Source: a virus. From it: 35,420 nt of DNA. The stretch's first letter is position 1, and every line of letters begins with the position of its first letter. Of the stretch, positions 7,324 to 17,775 are shown one piece after another. Location of the stretch: the UHGV virus genome UHGV-0075595; one strand, 5' to 3'. A program made the position numbers and the translations under genes. The notes under the pieces were generated by a model that made no database searches, had not been told where the DNA came from, and saw nothing but the letters and a program-made list of their open reading frames with translations.

Positions 7324-7512
7324 TTATTTTATTATTCTTCCGAACAATACAATTCCGAATACTACAAAGCCGAACCATGCCGCTGCACGCAACAGAGATT
7401 CCAATTGAAACCCATTTTTATCAAAATGTATGAATAGCATAAAAACGCTGCACATATTAGTACAATAAAAGTTATTTGAACCATCATATCTCCTTTTATT
7501 GCGGAGTGACAT
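7324..7512 (-). CDS. Small hypothetical membrane protein
   Basis: 62 aa with C-terminal hydrophobic helix; weak RBS, overlaps end of upstream gene. Confidence 0.25.
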   Translation of the reverse strand: MSLRNKRRYDGSNNFYCTNMCSVFMLFIHFDKNGFQLESLLRAAAWFGFVVFGIVLFGRIIK

Positions 7513-9970
7513 CCTGTGGTCGCCACCAGTATGTCTGGTTAAACTCTTTCTTCGAACGTTGCTCCATTTTACGCAAATAGCCTGGTGAAAAATACTCCTG
7601 CATCTGGTTAAAGATCATGTGATCGAGAGCCGCCTTCAAGTACCAGAGATTCGCACCAGGCATCAAACCTTTCCCCAGCTTCACCAGATCACCACCAGTC
7701 TGCTCACTCTTCCCTTCCACAGCATTTAACGGTATGCCCTGAGCAATCTTCACTACGTCATCAACCAGACCAGCTACCGGGCCAAGCATCGACGCCAGCG
7801 CGCCGCTTCCGTACCTAGTGTGATCTGACAATAAAAAGTCACCGTAAAGGCCAAGACCACCACCTTTCAGTAGAGCACCAAGCCAAAATTTAGCAGCATC
7901 TTCTCCTGTCATCTCGCGAGGATTACGACCAGACGCAAGGTCGTTAAGTTGCTGCGACAAAGCGCCAAGAATGGTCGTACTGGCAATAAACGTCGCAATA
8001 TATGCCGCACGCCCACCAGCAGACGGCATACCCATAGCGCGTGACCAGTGACGCATAACCACCGAGATAGGGAACGATTTAAACAGGAAAACACTTCTCG
8101 TTAATTCACCTTTCCATGTTCCACGCTGAATACCAGAACCGGTTATCAGTTGCTCACGTGCTCCCGGTGTAATAACAGCCATATCAACTTCTTCAGTTAC
8201 GGCACCGAGCAGTTTACGCATTGCCTCAAATTTCACGCGTTCAGGCTCACCAAGATGTTTAACTGCTGAATCAGGGATACGCATAATGCTTTCCGGTGTC
8301 AGCATCGTATTATTGCCGTTCCCCCAGTCCTCCTGTTGCGCCAGCTTCCATACGCTCCAGTCTGTGTCAGTAATCCCTTTGCTTTTCAGGATACGAAAAT
8401 CAGAATCATCGAGGCTACGAAGGTCTGGTGTCCGTGACACTACTTCTCCCAAGCTTCCCATCATGGTTACGCCATAGGCGCGCTTGTGCGCATCTGACCA
8501 TGCTGTAAGCCCACTGGCACGCATTACCGCCGTTGCAGCCCAACGAGACACAGACGGCCCCATATTATCCATCGCCCAGCGGTTAACGCTGCCAAGTAGA
8601 GATTCCATCGCCAGACCAGCGCGGCGCGCCCGCGCAAGTTCTGTACGGTTCGTTGGGTCCATAGCTTCAAGCTGGTTGCGGAATAACTGGTTCATTGGAA
8701 GGTTGGTAACCTTCGCAGACAGATACATGGTTCCAAGATCAGAGAACGATGACAGCAACGCGGATCCGAGTCTGCTGGCAACCAGCCAGTTGCGGATATT
8801 GTCAGACCATCGCGCGATGTGCGGATTCGCTACAGGCTGTGTCTTTCCGGAAATAAAGTTGTACAGATTCTCTGTGTTGTTCGCCAGCCGCTCGACTTTA
8901 CCGGTTTTACTCGGGTTAGCTGTTGCCGTTTCTGCCTTCACCTGATCAAGAAGAGAGCGGAAAACATGATCGGGGTTTGGGCCATATGTTTCCACCAGTG
9001 CAATATCTTTACTGATACCTTCCAGGTGACCGACCATGATTTCCCATAGAGAGCGATCGCCATAAAGTTGCTGATATTGAAGATAGGAATCTGCATCTTT
9101 GAAATGTATCTGTCGTGATGCATTACCACGGTTAGCACGTGCGCCGGAAATTCGCATTCCGGTATCAGTAAGCTTATTCAACCCACCAGTAGCGATCGTG
9201 TTATAAGCCTCTCCAAGAAATGCAGACAACTCGGCATCGTTCATCAGTTGTCCATCGGCTCGGGTATAATATTTGCGATCCAGCTTACCTATAACATCGC
9301 TAACCCATTTATCTTTTGATACCGCCCCAACCTTTTCCATAGAATGATGTTGAGGGATCCCCCAGTTTTCGAGATAGCCAATGTCCCCACCAGCATCATT
9401 AAACCGGCGGCGCAGCAGCTCTGTAACTTCTCTCCACGCCTTAGCACCTTTTCTTGCTTTAGCATTGCCAGTATTTTGCCCCCGCATTTCATATACCAGG
9501 TCACGTACGCCAGCTTCATCTTCAAACAGACCAAAAAAGCGAGGATCAACTGCTTCGAATGCCTCCTGCAATTGACTCAATGCATAATCACGGGTGGCTT
9601 TTGTTCTGGATTCAACAGAGAGGAAATTCGATTTACCGTCTGCATTAAAAGCAATAGTACGGTTAAGAGCGCCAAGTTTCCCATCAGCCCCTTGATAGCT
9701 ATTGATAAATTTATCCAATCTCTGACGTGCGGCTATAGTGAGGGCCACACGACGTTTCTTTAATGCCGCTTCTCGCTGTAATTCTTCAGATGCCAATTGT
9801 GCTGCACGATATAGCCGCTCTGATTCGGAAAGTTGTCTCCACGACATCGGGTCATCACGAGCAATAGAGCGCATATTTCGATAAATGCGGTCTTCAATGT
9901 TCTGTATTTCTCGCGCCGTTAACGTGCGCTGCGCCGCCTGCTGGACCGCTTGTATACATTCCTGTCTCAT
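7496..9970 (-). CDS. Large internal virion / ejection protein (824 aa)
   Basis: Position in late operon after tail genes, analogous to T7 gp15/gp16 core proteins; no catalytic motif recognised. Confidence 0.55.
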   Translation of the reverse strand: MRQECIQAVQQAAQRTLTAREIQNIEDRIYRNMRSIARDDPMSWRQLSESERLYRAAQLASEELQREAALKKRRVALTIAARQRLDKFINSYQGADGKLGALNRTIAFNADGKSNFLSVESRTKATRDYALSQLQEAFEAVDPRFFGLFEDEAGVRDLVYEMRGQNTGNAKARKGAKAWREVTELLRRRFNDAGGDIGYLENWGIPQHHSMEKVGAVSKDKWVSDVIGKLDRKYYTRADGQLMNDAELSAFLGEAYNTIATGGLNKLTDTGMRISGARANRGNASRQIHFKDADSYLQYQQLYGDRSLWEIMVGHLEGISKDIALVETYGPNPDHVFRSLLDQVKAETATANPSKTGKVERLANNTENLYNFISGKTQPVANPHIARWSDNIRNWLVASRLGSALLSSFSDLGTMYLSAKVTNLPMNQLFRNQLEAMDPTNRTELARARRAGLAMESLLGSVNRWAMDNMGPSVSRWAATAVMRASGLTAWSDAHKRAYGVTMMGSLGEVVSRTPDLRSLDDSDFRILKSKGITDTDWSVWKLAQQEDWGNGNNTMLTPESIMRIPDSAVKHLGEPERVKFEAMRKLLGAVTEEVDMAVITPGAREQLITGSGIQRGTWKGELTRSVFLFKSFPISVVMRHWSRAMGMPSAGGRAAYIATFIASTTILGALSQQLNDLASGRNPREMTGEDAAKFWLGALLKGGGLGLYGDFLLSDHTRYGSGALASMLGPVAGLVDDVVKIAQGIPLNAVEGKSEQTGGDLVKLGKGLMPGANLWYLKAALDHMIFNQMQEYFSPGYLRKMEQRSKKEFNQTYWWRPQDVTPQ

Positions 9971-9975
9971 TTAAT

Positions 9976-11778
9976 TTAACCTCTCAAGAAACACGCCACA
10001 GCGACATCAAACAGGCTGGAATCCTGTATTGCCTGCTCACTTTCCCTGTTCGCTTCATCCAGTACTTCACGCGCGCTGCGCGATTGTGGATTACCATCAT
10101 CATCCAGCACGGTGATTATCATGTCAGGTGATTCAAGCAGCGAGTCTTCAGCTATGCGCAGATCAATATCTCCTGCCTTATCTGACATCATTTTTTGTTC
10201 TGCCTGTTGCAATATTTTATCAGGCTCAAAAGGAGCTACTTCGTCTGGCGTCCTGACCTCTGCTGTTTTATAGAATGAAACAGCCTGAGCATTAAGTTCA
10301 CTTTCTGCCTGCTGTCTCCGAGCCAGTTCTGCTCGAGCTTCAAAAAGCTGACCGCCAGGCTCGTGCGGTGCCAACGCGTTACGGGAAAATTCCAGGCGTT
10401 CTTGTGCCTGCCGGATTCGTTGATCAATATCGCGAAGTCTGGCCTGTTTATCTGATCGAGCACGAGACAAAGCTTTACCGCTACCGGTTGGCTCTTCTGC
10501 AAGAATTTGTGCACGCTGTTCAGTGAGATTTTCAATAATTCGTTGGCTATTAGCGATTTCAGACTGGTAAACCTGTCTATCTCCACGCGGCAAAAGCTGC
10601 GCGGCCTGTTCTTCAAGCAACCGATTTTCTATAGCGCGCGCCGTTACTCCATCATCTACAGATGACAGAGCCTCATTAACTGCCTGAGACAGCAGACTCT
10701 TGCGCCCAGGAATTTCACTGAAAGATGCAGACTCAACAATGCTGGCAACGTCTACAGGTCTCCCCTGGCTAACATCAGACATAGCTTTTCGCAGAGCCTG
10801 AATGTGAGAATTGCGCGAAAGCACGTTGATCGGCACGCCGGGCGCAATATCAATTTCAGCATGATGAGCGGCATTCGCCGCCAGTGCAGCATCGATATCA
10901 ACTGGTGAAAAATTTGGTGCGTTTGTAGACTCGCCGCGAGAGTTAATAAATCTGCCGACACCACCAAACGCCACCCCAAGAACAGCATCAATAGCAATTG
11001 CCTGTCGATCCAACACATCATACTGGTTAGCCATTTCGCTATAGCCACCATCACGAAGCGTTTTTGCAGTAAGCCCACGCTGTGCCATACCGAACGCAAT
11101 ATTTGTACCTGCGGCATAGGCAATATCTGGCGTTGCACGTACTGCTGTTGCTGCGGCGCGTCGTACTGAACTTTCACCCGTCCGCGCGAGCTGAGCCGCC
11201 ACACCTTCCGCCAGCGCACCACCAGCACGTAACCCGAGGCTCATAGGGATCAATGTCCCGGCCCCAGCAGTAATGCCCTGCACTAATCCCGCTTCCTGCG
11301 CTGTCCTGAAATCAACACCCTGTGCTGTCAGCCGTTCAAACTCAGAAAAACCCTGTAGCGAAGTTACCGCCGCTGCACCTCCGACAGGACCACCGAGCGT
11401 TGTACCGACAACAGCCTGCCCGCCCATATCGAACAACCCATAAAGAACCTGCCCGGCGGTTCCGGTTGTCGCGGCATCAGGCGTCAGCCGCTTAACCTGC
11501 TGCTCTGCTAGTTTTCTCTGCTCGGCAATGTATGAAACTGAAGTGTCATTGAGCGAGGTGTTTTCGTTAACAAACTGAGCAATCGGGGATACGATTTTAT
11601 CCATCCCTGCCCATAGCAACTGATCTGGCTTTGCCACCAGCCCGGAGTACAAACCAGACAATGCCGCTCCTACAGCATTGTCGAAAAAACCAACATCGCT
11701 GTTAAAGCCAGCTGGATTTGATACTGCTTCGTCAAGCTGCTGATTCTGGTTTACTGGATTAAGGCCAAAGTAACTCAT
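9976..11778 (-). CDS. Internal virion / ejection protein (600 aa) with Gly/Ala-rich membrane-interacting region and C-terminal coiled coil
   Basis: Low-complexity G/A-rich hydrophobic stretches in N-terminal half; charged helical C-terminus; start overlaps upstream stop. Confidence 0.55.
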   Translation of the reverse strand: MSYFGLNPVNQNQQLDEAVSNPAGFNSDVGFFDNAVGAALSGLYSGLVAKPDQLLWAGMDKIVSPIAQFVNENTSLNDTSVSYIAEQRKLAEQQVKRLTPDAATTGTAGQVLYGLFDMGGQAVVGTTLGGPVGGAAAVTSLQGFSEFERLTAQGVDFRTAQEAGLVQGITAGAGTLIPMSLGLRAGGALAEGVAAQLARTGESSVRRAAATAVRATPDIAYAAGTNIAFGMAQRGLTAKTLRDGGYSEMANQYDVLDRQAIAIDAVLGVAFGGVGRFINSRGESTNAPNFSPVDIDAALAANAAHHAEIDIAPGVPINVLSRNSHIQALRKAMSDVSQGRPVDVASIVESASFSEIPGRKSLLSQAVNEALSSVDDGVTARAIENRLLEEQAAQLLPRGDRQVYQSEIANSQRIIENLTEQRAQILAEEPTGSGKALSRARSDKQARLRDIDQRIRQAQERLEFSRNALAPHEPGGQLFEARAELARRQQAESELNAQAVSFYKTAEVRTPDEVAPFEPDKILQQAEQKMMSDKAGDIDLRIAEDSLLESPDMIITVLDDDGNPQSRSAREVLDEANRESEQAIQDSSLFDVAVACFLRG

Positions 11779-14288
11779 TGCGGAATATCTCCGGAGAATC
11801 TCTGACGCTTCTGTGTCAGATCAAGAACAACAGGAGAACCATCATCCTTCAGCAGATATCCAGTCCCAAGTTTTACCAGGTACTGACTATCGCCGTAACT
11901 TTGCAAACCATACTGACCAGGCGGTGTTTTTATCCCTGTGCCGACAACTTGTTCATTCCAAGCCTGATTAACCTGCTTATCGAATTGCTCTGCAGACATT
12001 CCCCACGGCAAAAGGACATTCCCCATTCCGTTATAGTCATGCACGCCACCTGTAGCTACGTTAACAGCCTGTTTCCAGATATCATTGTCAATTTCGCCTG
12101 ATACCACGCCTTTTTTCGCCATCACACCAGCGTAATAGTCCTTTGCGATCTCGTATGCCATTGATGCCCCCTGAGCATCACCAGCAAATGCATCCTTCAC
12201 CATGTCAGAAAACTCAAGGCGAAGATCAGCATCTTTAGGCATCGGAATACCTTTCGCATCATCAGTACCTTTACGAGCCGCCGCGCCAGCAAGAATTGTC
12301 TGCGCAGCGGTTTCAGGTGACACGGAAACATCCGGATTAAACCAGTTTTTTTCTGCCAAAATACCACCAGGTTTATCCATCAGTATCCCGGCAACGGCAG
12401 CAGATGGATCGTTGGCACTGATCTGCTGTAGTGCTGACATATACACCTGCCCACCACCAGTGCTTTGCCTGATGGTATCGAGATATGCTGCCTGTTGGGA
12501 AACGGGCGCATCACGAAAGAAAACACCGATCTGATTGGCCTCGTCTTTGGAAAAGAACGTCAGTGGAGTGCCATATGACTTGGCAAGGTCACTGACCTGA
12601 GCGGCACGCAAGGCAACGCTCTGTCCAAAGTTATCCTTATTGCTCATGTCGATAGGCTTTGCCTGTCCGGCGGCAAGAGAGAACTGCACAGGATCCGACT
12701 GCCGCTGCTTTATCACCTGATTTGCAGCCGAAACAACGTTGTCATAAAGAGCTGCGCGTGCCGCATACCCCTCCCCTGTCTCACCAGTATCCGGGCGTAA
12801 TTGCTCAACATATGCTGTAATGCTGCTTGTCGGCATGTTGCGGAAAGAGCCTATATACTGTCCGGCGATCTGCGTATTTCTGAACTCGGTATATCGCAGG
12901 TTTCCTTCTCTGACGCCATAAGCTGCAATAAAATCAGCCTCACCAGGTGGATTAGGAAATTCAACGCCACGCATATACGCAGCCGTCGCATCGCGAACCT
13001 GGCTGTCAATCATCGTTTTATATTCAGCCTGCTGCTGCCGACGCAGTTGATCCGCCTGTCGCATATAACTTGCCTGCGCCTCAGGAGATGCCGCATCGAA
13101 TGCTGCATTACCGGTATAGCGTTTGGTGTTGGTTGGAATTGTTGATAAACCAAGTGCTGCACTGACACCAGCAGTTAACTGCTGATCACTGTATGGCTGG
13201 CTACCGTTCTCATGATGGATAATGGCTGCACAAAGCGCCTTCAGGGTATCAGGATTTGATGCATCGAGAGGCTCATCAGCAGAAACGCCAAGTTGTTCGC
13301 ACACTGCTTTGATATACGACATAGTGTCATTTTTATCAGTAGGCGGTGCCCAGCGATTAATTATCTCGCTGACTGTATCAATACCCTGCCGCTGATACGA
13401 CATCAGGTTCCGCCCTAATGCACGAATCCCGTGTTCAGGTGTTTCGAATTTAGCAAATCGACCATCATCACCGGTCTGGCCTACCCACGGATTAGTTTTG
13501 CTGTATTCGAGATTTCCTGGGTTATTGTTGCGTATGCCACGGGCACGCTCGGAAGAGTCACTATCTGCTACAGCACGGCGAGCTCCAGCAGCAGTATCAC
13601 TTAACTCGCCATTACTTTGGATGAATGCGGTCGCATTGTTTGCCGACCACTGGGACAATGCAGCATCAGCAACCTTCTCTTTAAACTCGATTTTCTTGGC
13701 CTGGATTTGCTCGTCACTCCAGCCATGTGCAATGCCGTAATCCTCAATTTGCTGGAAAGTTTGCTTATTAGCCAATACGTATGCGGCGTTGTCGCCATAC
13801 AATGCTGCGGCATTTTTACCATTGTTCAGCAGCGCAGCCTGAAACTGGCCTTCTTCGTAGGCATTTATTTGCCCTATCTCGTGCCGCCCTGCCTGCGTAG
13901 TGAACTGAATGCGCTGCTGCTGCGCCTGCTGCATGAAAGCATTACGAGCCTGTTCATCCGGCAGCGACATAGCCAGTTGTTCGACCTGAGCATCAAACTG
14001 CTGCGTATACTCCTGACCTTTTCCAATAGCATTTTTCCCTTTCAGGTTAAGCAATCCTGTTTCAGGATTATTCAGCAGATCGCTGCTTATCTGGCTTAAG
14101 CTAAGAGAAGCATCCTGAGCCATAGCAACATTCGCACGCTGTTTTGCCTGCGCAATAATACCTGCATATTGCTCTGCAACATCGCCAAGTACATCACCGA
14201 CATTTAGTGTCTGAAACGATGAGAATCCCTGCGTCGAAATCCCTCTGCTCTGAACCTGACGGCCCGATGTTGTTGGTACAACTGGCAT
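11775..14288 (-). CDS. Internal virion protein (837 aa) with conserved central domain (RNNNPGNL...FETPEHGIRA), possibly cell-wall-targeting
   Basis: Size and position; conserved-looking motif block around residues 250-340; enzymatic assignment unverified. Confidence 0.5.
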   Translation of the reverse strand: MPVVPTTSGRQVQSRGISTQGFSSFQTLNVGDVLGDVAEQYAGIIAQAKQRANVAMAQDASLSLSQISSDLLNNPETGLLNLKGKNAIGKGQEYTQQFDAQVEQLAMSLPDEQARNAFMQQAQQQRIQFTTQAGRHEIGQINAYEEGQFQAALLNNGKNAAALYGDNAAYVLANKQTFQQIEDYGIAHGWSDEQIQAKKIEFKEKVADAALSQWSANNATAFIQSNGELSDTAAGARRAVADSDSSERARGIRNNNPGNLEYSKTNPWVGQTGDDGRFAKFETPEHGIRALGRNLMSYQRQGIDTVSEIINRWAPPTDKNDTMSYIKAVCEQLGVSADEPLDASNPDTLKALCAAIIHHENGSQPYSDQQLTAGVSAALGLSTIPTNTKRYTGNAAFDAASPEAQASYMRQADQLRRQQQAEYKTMIDSQVRDATAAYMRGVEFPNPPGEADFIAAYGVREGNLRYTEFRNTQIAGQYIGSFRNMPTSSITAYVEQLRPDTGETGEGYAARAALYDNVVSAANQVIKQRQSDPVQFSLAAGQAKPIDMSNKDNFGQSVALRAAQVSDLAKSYGTPLTFFSKDEANQIGVFFRDAPVSQQAAYLDTIRQSTGGGQVYMSALQQISANDPSAAVAGILMDKPGGILAEKNWFNPDVSVSPETAAQTILAGAAARKGTDDAKGIPMPKDADLRLEFSDMVKDAFAGDAQGASMAYEIAKDYYAGVMAKKGVVSGEIDNDIWKQAVNVATGGVHDYNGMGNVLLPWGMSAEQFDKQVNQAWNEQVVGTGIKTPPGQYGLQSYGDSQYLVKLGTGYLLKDDGSPVVLDLTQKRQRFSGDIPQ

Positions 14289-14300
14289 CTTATTATCCCC

Positions 14301-14840
14301 TTATCGACCGGTTGGAGTGCCAACAGCAGCAGAAATCGGCGCAGCCTTCTGAGAGAACGGGCTCCACGTTCCTCCGCCCATCTGGTATGCACCGTATGCT
14401 TTTAGTGGTGCCGTTAACAAAGTGCTGGTCATCGATGATTTAGCAGCCGACTGAGCAGCAGCCCCCTGTGCCCGAGCATTCATTCCCTGAACCTGATACC
14501 CATATGCCTCACGCTGAGCGTTATTCACTGTCGTTAACGCATCAAGAGTGCCGAACTGAGCATTATCCGCAAAAACGTCAAGAGCTGTTCCGCTACTTAA
14601 TTCCGCACCGGTAGCCCCCATAGTGGCCGCCGCAGTGCCTGAGCGTTGACGCATTTCACGACGACGCTGATCCGCTTCAATATTCCCACGATTGATTGAA
14701 TCCTGTGCCTGAGCTTCAGCAATTTCAGCATTCCGATCAGCTATGGCTGACTGGTATTTTGCCTGCTTGCTCTGGCTGTACATTGACGCGGCTGTGGATG
14801 CCACTGTGACGGCAACCAAAGCGATGGCTGGGTTACACAT
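14301..14840 (-). CDS. Internal virion protein (T7 gp14-like position; N-terminal TM helix, Ala/Gln-rich)
   Basis: 179 aa, N-terminal hydrophobic segment, low complexity; gene-order analogy. Confidence 0.45.
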   Translation of the reverse strand: MCNPAIALVAVTVASTAASMYSQSKQAKYQSAIADRNAEIAEAQAQDSINRGNIEADQRRREMRQRSGTAAATMGATGAELSSGTALDVFADNAQFGTLDALTTVNNAQREAYGYQVQGMNARAQGAAAQSAAKSSMTSTLLTAPLKAYGAYQMGGGTWSPFSQKAAPISAAVGTPTGR

Positions 14841-15304
14841 TATTTTCTCTCCATGTGAAATCTGTGGAAATTAAGACCAAGAGCACCATAAGGCGCGGCT
14901 TCTTCAAGCCTGAATCCAAGCCAGTGCAGCCATGCTTTGGCAACGTGGTTTCGCTCGTCGACGTAGTTTTCCAGGCGCGGATAAACTGCCAGCATCTGCT
15001 GCAATACAGGGCGGCAGTGGCGAAGAAATGTCTTCTGATATTTTTCGATACGGCTGGTTCCGACCAGCCAGGGCGTACCATTGCCACCGATCATTGACGC
15101 CGGAGATACGCCAAACATGGTTACCAGTTCTCCGTTCGCAAATCCTGACCAGGCCATAGTCGCAGTACGCAGACCAACACGCAGCGCATCTTCGGTAGTC
15201 ATCAGCGATACCGCATACAGTTCGTCAATATCAGCCTGACGAACATCCGGCAAAATCATCTGAAGATGCTCTTCGGTTGCGGGAATAATTTGAACATCGA
15301 TCAT
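14840..15304 (-). CDS. Hypothetical virion protein (T7 gp13-like position)
   Basis: 154 aa; translationally coupled to neighbours. Confidence 0.4.
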   Translation of the reverse strand: MIDVQIIPATEEHLQMILPDVRQADIDELYAVSLMTTEDALRVGLRTATMAWSGFANGELVTMFGVSPASMIGGNGTPWLVGTSRIEKYQKTFLRHCRPVLQQMLAVYPRLENYVDERNHVAKAWLHWLGFRLEEAAPYGALGLNFHRFHMERK

Positions 15305-17775
15305 CAGAACCCCCCAACAGTAAGGCGAGGAATAACGGCAAGAACAGACAGCGGCAACGGGTCAAGCTGACGGATTTTTACACGTCCGTTTTTGCCCCAG
15401 TTACTGTCCAGTTTCACTTCTACTTTTCCGGTAGCATCATCAACAGGATCATCGTAGAACTCGAATTCACGCTGTGGATATTCGTACCATTTACCGCCAG
15501 GCGTAGTCGCCCAGATGCCGCGGCTGGCATTCACAACCAGAGTAACGGAGGGGATCACCTGTTTTTTGTCCAGCAGCGTTTCCTGTCCGTTAATGTTGAT
15601 ATCCAGTGTTTCGAATTCAGCAGTTATTGGCAGGCCGATGTGCACTACAGCCCCCGGAGATTCCAGTGTGACGGCACCTCCGGAAACAACTTTCTGTGGC
15701 TCAACATTCGCATCAGAAAGAATGTTTACGGTCTGGCCTTCAAGATGAGACAGGCCTCCAAATGTCCGGCGCGCCATCTGCCAGTTCGTGGTGGCCACAT
15801 TCCTGAGGGATGGCGGGACGTTCCTGTTAGCACGAACCACTACAGCGGTATTGCTGGTTACAGAAATAATGTCGCAACGTAATTCTTTTGACACCTCATC
15901 ACCAGTATCAGGATCAGTTCCGGTATAAGGGAACTGTAGTTGCGCGCCGACATCACTACTGGTGAAGTACGCACCACCAGAAACACTGATTGTATATTCC
16001 GCGCGGTAATCCCATTCACCAGAACCACCAGTGATGGTCATCGTTCTGTCAGACGTATTTCTTCCATCATAGCTAAGGCCAGAATCAACAAAGAAAGCAT
16101 CTTCATCGCTGGTAAATAAACGGCTGGACAGTCGCTCGATGTATCTCACTGTTTGCCCGTTAACGGTTCGGTTAACGACGAAATACACCGCATCTTCATT
16201 TCCTTCGCTGATACTGCATGTGCTTTCATATTTTCCGGTACTGGATTGTGGTGCCCATGCAAAAACCTGCTGATCACGCAAATAGGTCATCACCAGTAAT
16301 TTACCGTCATCACGAATGCAGAAGGCGCTGGAGTAAGGGACAATAGAGAAGCACCAGTCAACAATACTGTGCTTCTGAAAAAGATGATTGGCAAGGATGG
16401 TCAGGTCGTTCCCCTGATAGCCGTCAACATCGAATGAGTAGGCCAGATCACGGACAACACTGCCTTTCTCCTGGACGAACAGAGCAATATTCGCCACGGC
16501 AATTGGTGGGACATTGCTCGAGCCATTTGATCCCTGAGAGCTGAATGCAAATGATGATGGGGTAAGCACTTTGTTCTGGTCGCCAGTGATGACGTACTCA
16601 CCTCCGGAAGTCAGCGCCACCAGCGAACCAACATCAATCAGGTGACGGATCTCATTAACCTGACGCCCGGCATAGGTGTAGATAATTCTGTCGTCATCCT
16701 GCGTAGGATTGCTTTTGCCAAAATCCTTATAATCCCCGGTACGGCTGGCCCAGATAGTCTGAGGAAACGCAGTCGATGCGGCGAAGTAAAGACGTTGTTG
16801 ATAATAAACAACAGTGCCAGGATAACCATTAACACTGTTCCAGGCATATTTAGCCCATTTATAGCTGGCATTATCCTCGCCAACTACCTGCGAAGGGATA
16901 TAGGAAATCACCTCGGCAGTTGCAGTAGTTCCATTTGCAGCAGTGATACGGGCAATGCCAAAACCACTGTGCAGATATTCCCACTCAATGCCAGTATCAT
17001 CATCACCGGATCCGCCCCAGCCATCCCATGATGTGCCTTCTGTATGCGAAGGGCGCAAAGTACCTGTTTTGCCTGCTTTAACGGCGCGATAGTAGTTACT
17101 GTCTGCTCGGCGAATATCGCCAATCGACGTACTCTTACTGGTTTCCCATACCGGCACAGAATCCACTGCAGGCTGTTCCAGATAGAACAATTTGCCTACC
17201 TGCTCCGCGCCAAAAATAGAGGCGCTTGCCGTTAGCGTAATTGTCCCGGTGCTGGCGCTGGCATAAACCGTCACTGACTCGTCAATATTGATATCTTCAA
17301 ATGGTCCGTTCTTCGTTACCACATCAACCAGTTGCCAGTTGTCATGCGCATAGCGACGCAACTCTTTCGGCGGGTATGCCGGATGAACAAGCGTAAGCAC
17401 GTCGGCGCTTTGCGTGAATTTAATTCGGAACAGATCGGCTTCAGTATATGGCGTGGCAATTTCATAAATAACATTGCTGCTGTTCAGCACCAACGCACCA
17501 TCTTTGATAACGCGCATGTACTGGTGTCCGAACTCCAGAGCATAGGTCTGAACCGTCGAGAACTGGAACGGGATCAGGCGGCATTTCCGATTTGGGTATT
17601 TGGCGGCACCGACAAAACGCGTACCAGGTCGATTCTCAACTCCGCCATACTGCCGCACGATAAAGTTATCGCACTTGCGCAATGCCACCTGGTACTTCGC
17701 CATGTCGATACGACCGTACAACGACGGTCCAATCTCACCACCGGCAAAGCTGGGCTGGATCCAACTGATAGCCAT
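15304..17775 (-). CDS. Tail tubular protein B-like (T7 gp12-like nozzle protein)
   Basis: 823 aa, close to T7 gp12 size (794 aa); N-terminus ISWIQPSFAGGEIGPS resembles gp12 N-terminus as recalled; follows gp11-like gene. Confidence 0.55.
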   Translation of the reverse strand: MAISWIQPSFAGGEIGPSLYGRIDMAKYQVALRKCDNFIVRQYGGVENRPGTRFVGAAKYPNRKCRLIPFQFSTVQTYALEFGHQYMRVIKDGALVLNSSNVIYEIATPYTEADLFRIKFTQSADVLTLVHPAYPPKELRRYAHDNWQLVDVVTKNGPFEDINIDESVTVYASASTGTITLTASASIFGAEQVGKLFYLEQPAVDSVPVWETSKSTSIGDIRRADSNYYRAVKAGKTGTLRPSHTEGTSWDGWGGSGDDDTGIEWEYLHSGFGIARITAANGTTATAEVISYIPSQVVGEDNASYKWAKYAWNSVNGYPGTVVYYQQRLYFAASTAFPQTIWASRTGDYKDFGKSNPTQDDDRIIYTYAGRQVNEIRHLIDVGSLVALTSGGEYVITGDQNKVLTPSSFAFSSQGSNGSSNVPPIAVANIALFVQEKGSVVRDLAYSFDVDGYQGNDLTILANHLFQKHSIVDWCFSIVPYSSAFCIRDDGKLLVMTYLRDQQVFAWAPQSSTGKYESTCSISEGNEDAVYFVVNRTVNGQTVRYIERLSSRLFTSDEDAFFVDSGLSYDGRNTSDRTMTITGGSGEWDYRAEYTISVSGGAYFTSSDVGAQLQFPYTGTDPDTGDEVSKELRCDIISVTSNTAVVVRANRNVPPSLRNVATTNWQMARRTFGGLSHLEGQTVNILSDANVEPQKVVSGGAVTLESPGAVVHIGLPITAEFETLDININGQETLLDKKQVIPSVTLVVNASRGIWATTPGGKWYEYPQREFEFYDDPVDDATGKVEVKLDSNWGKNGRVKIRQLDPLPLSVLAVIPRLTVGGF

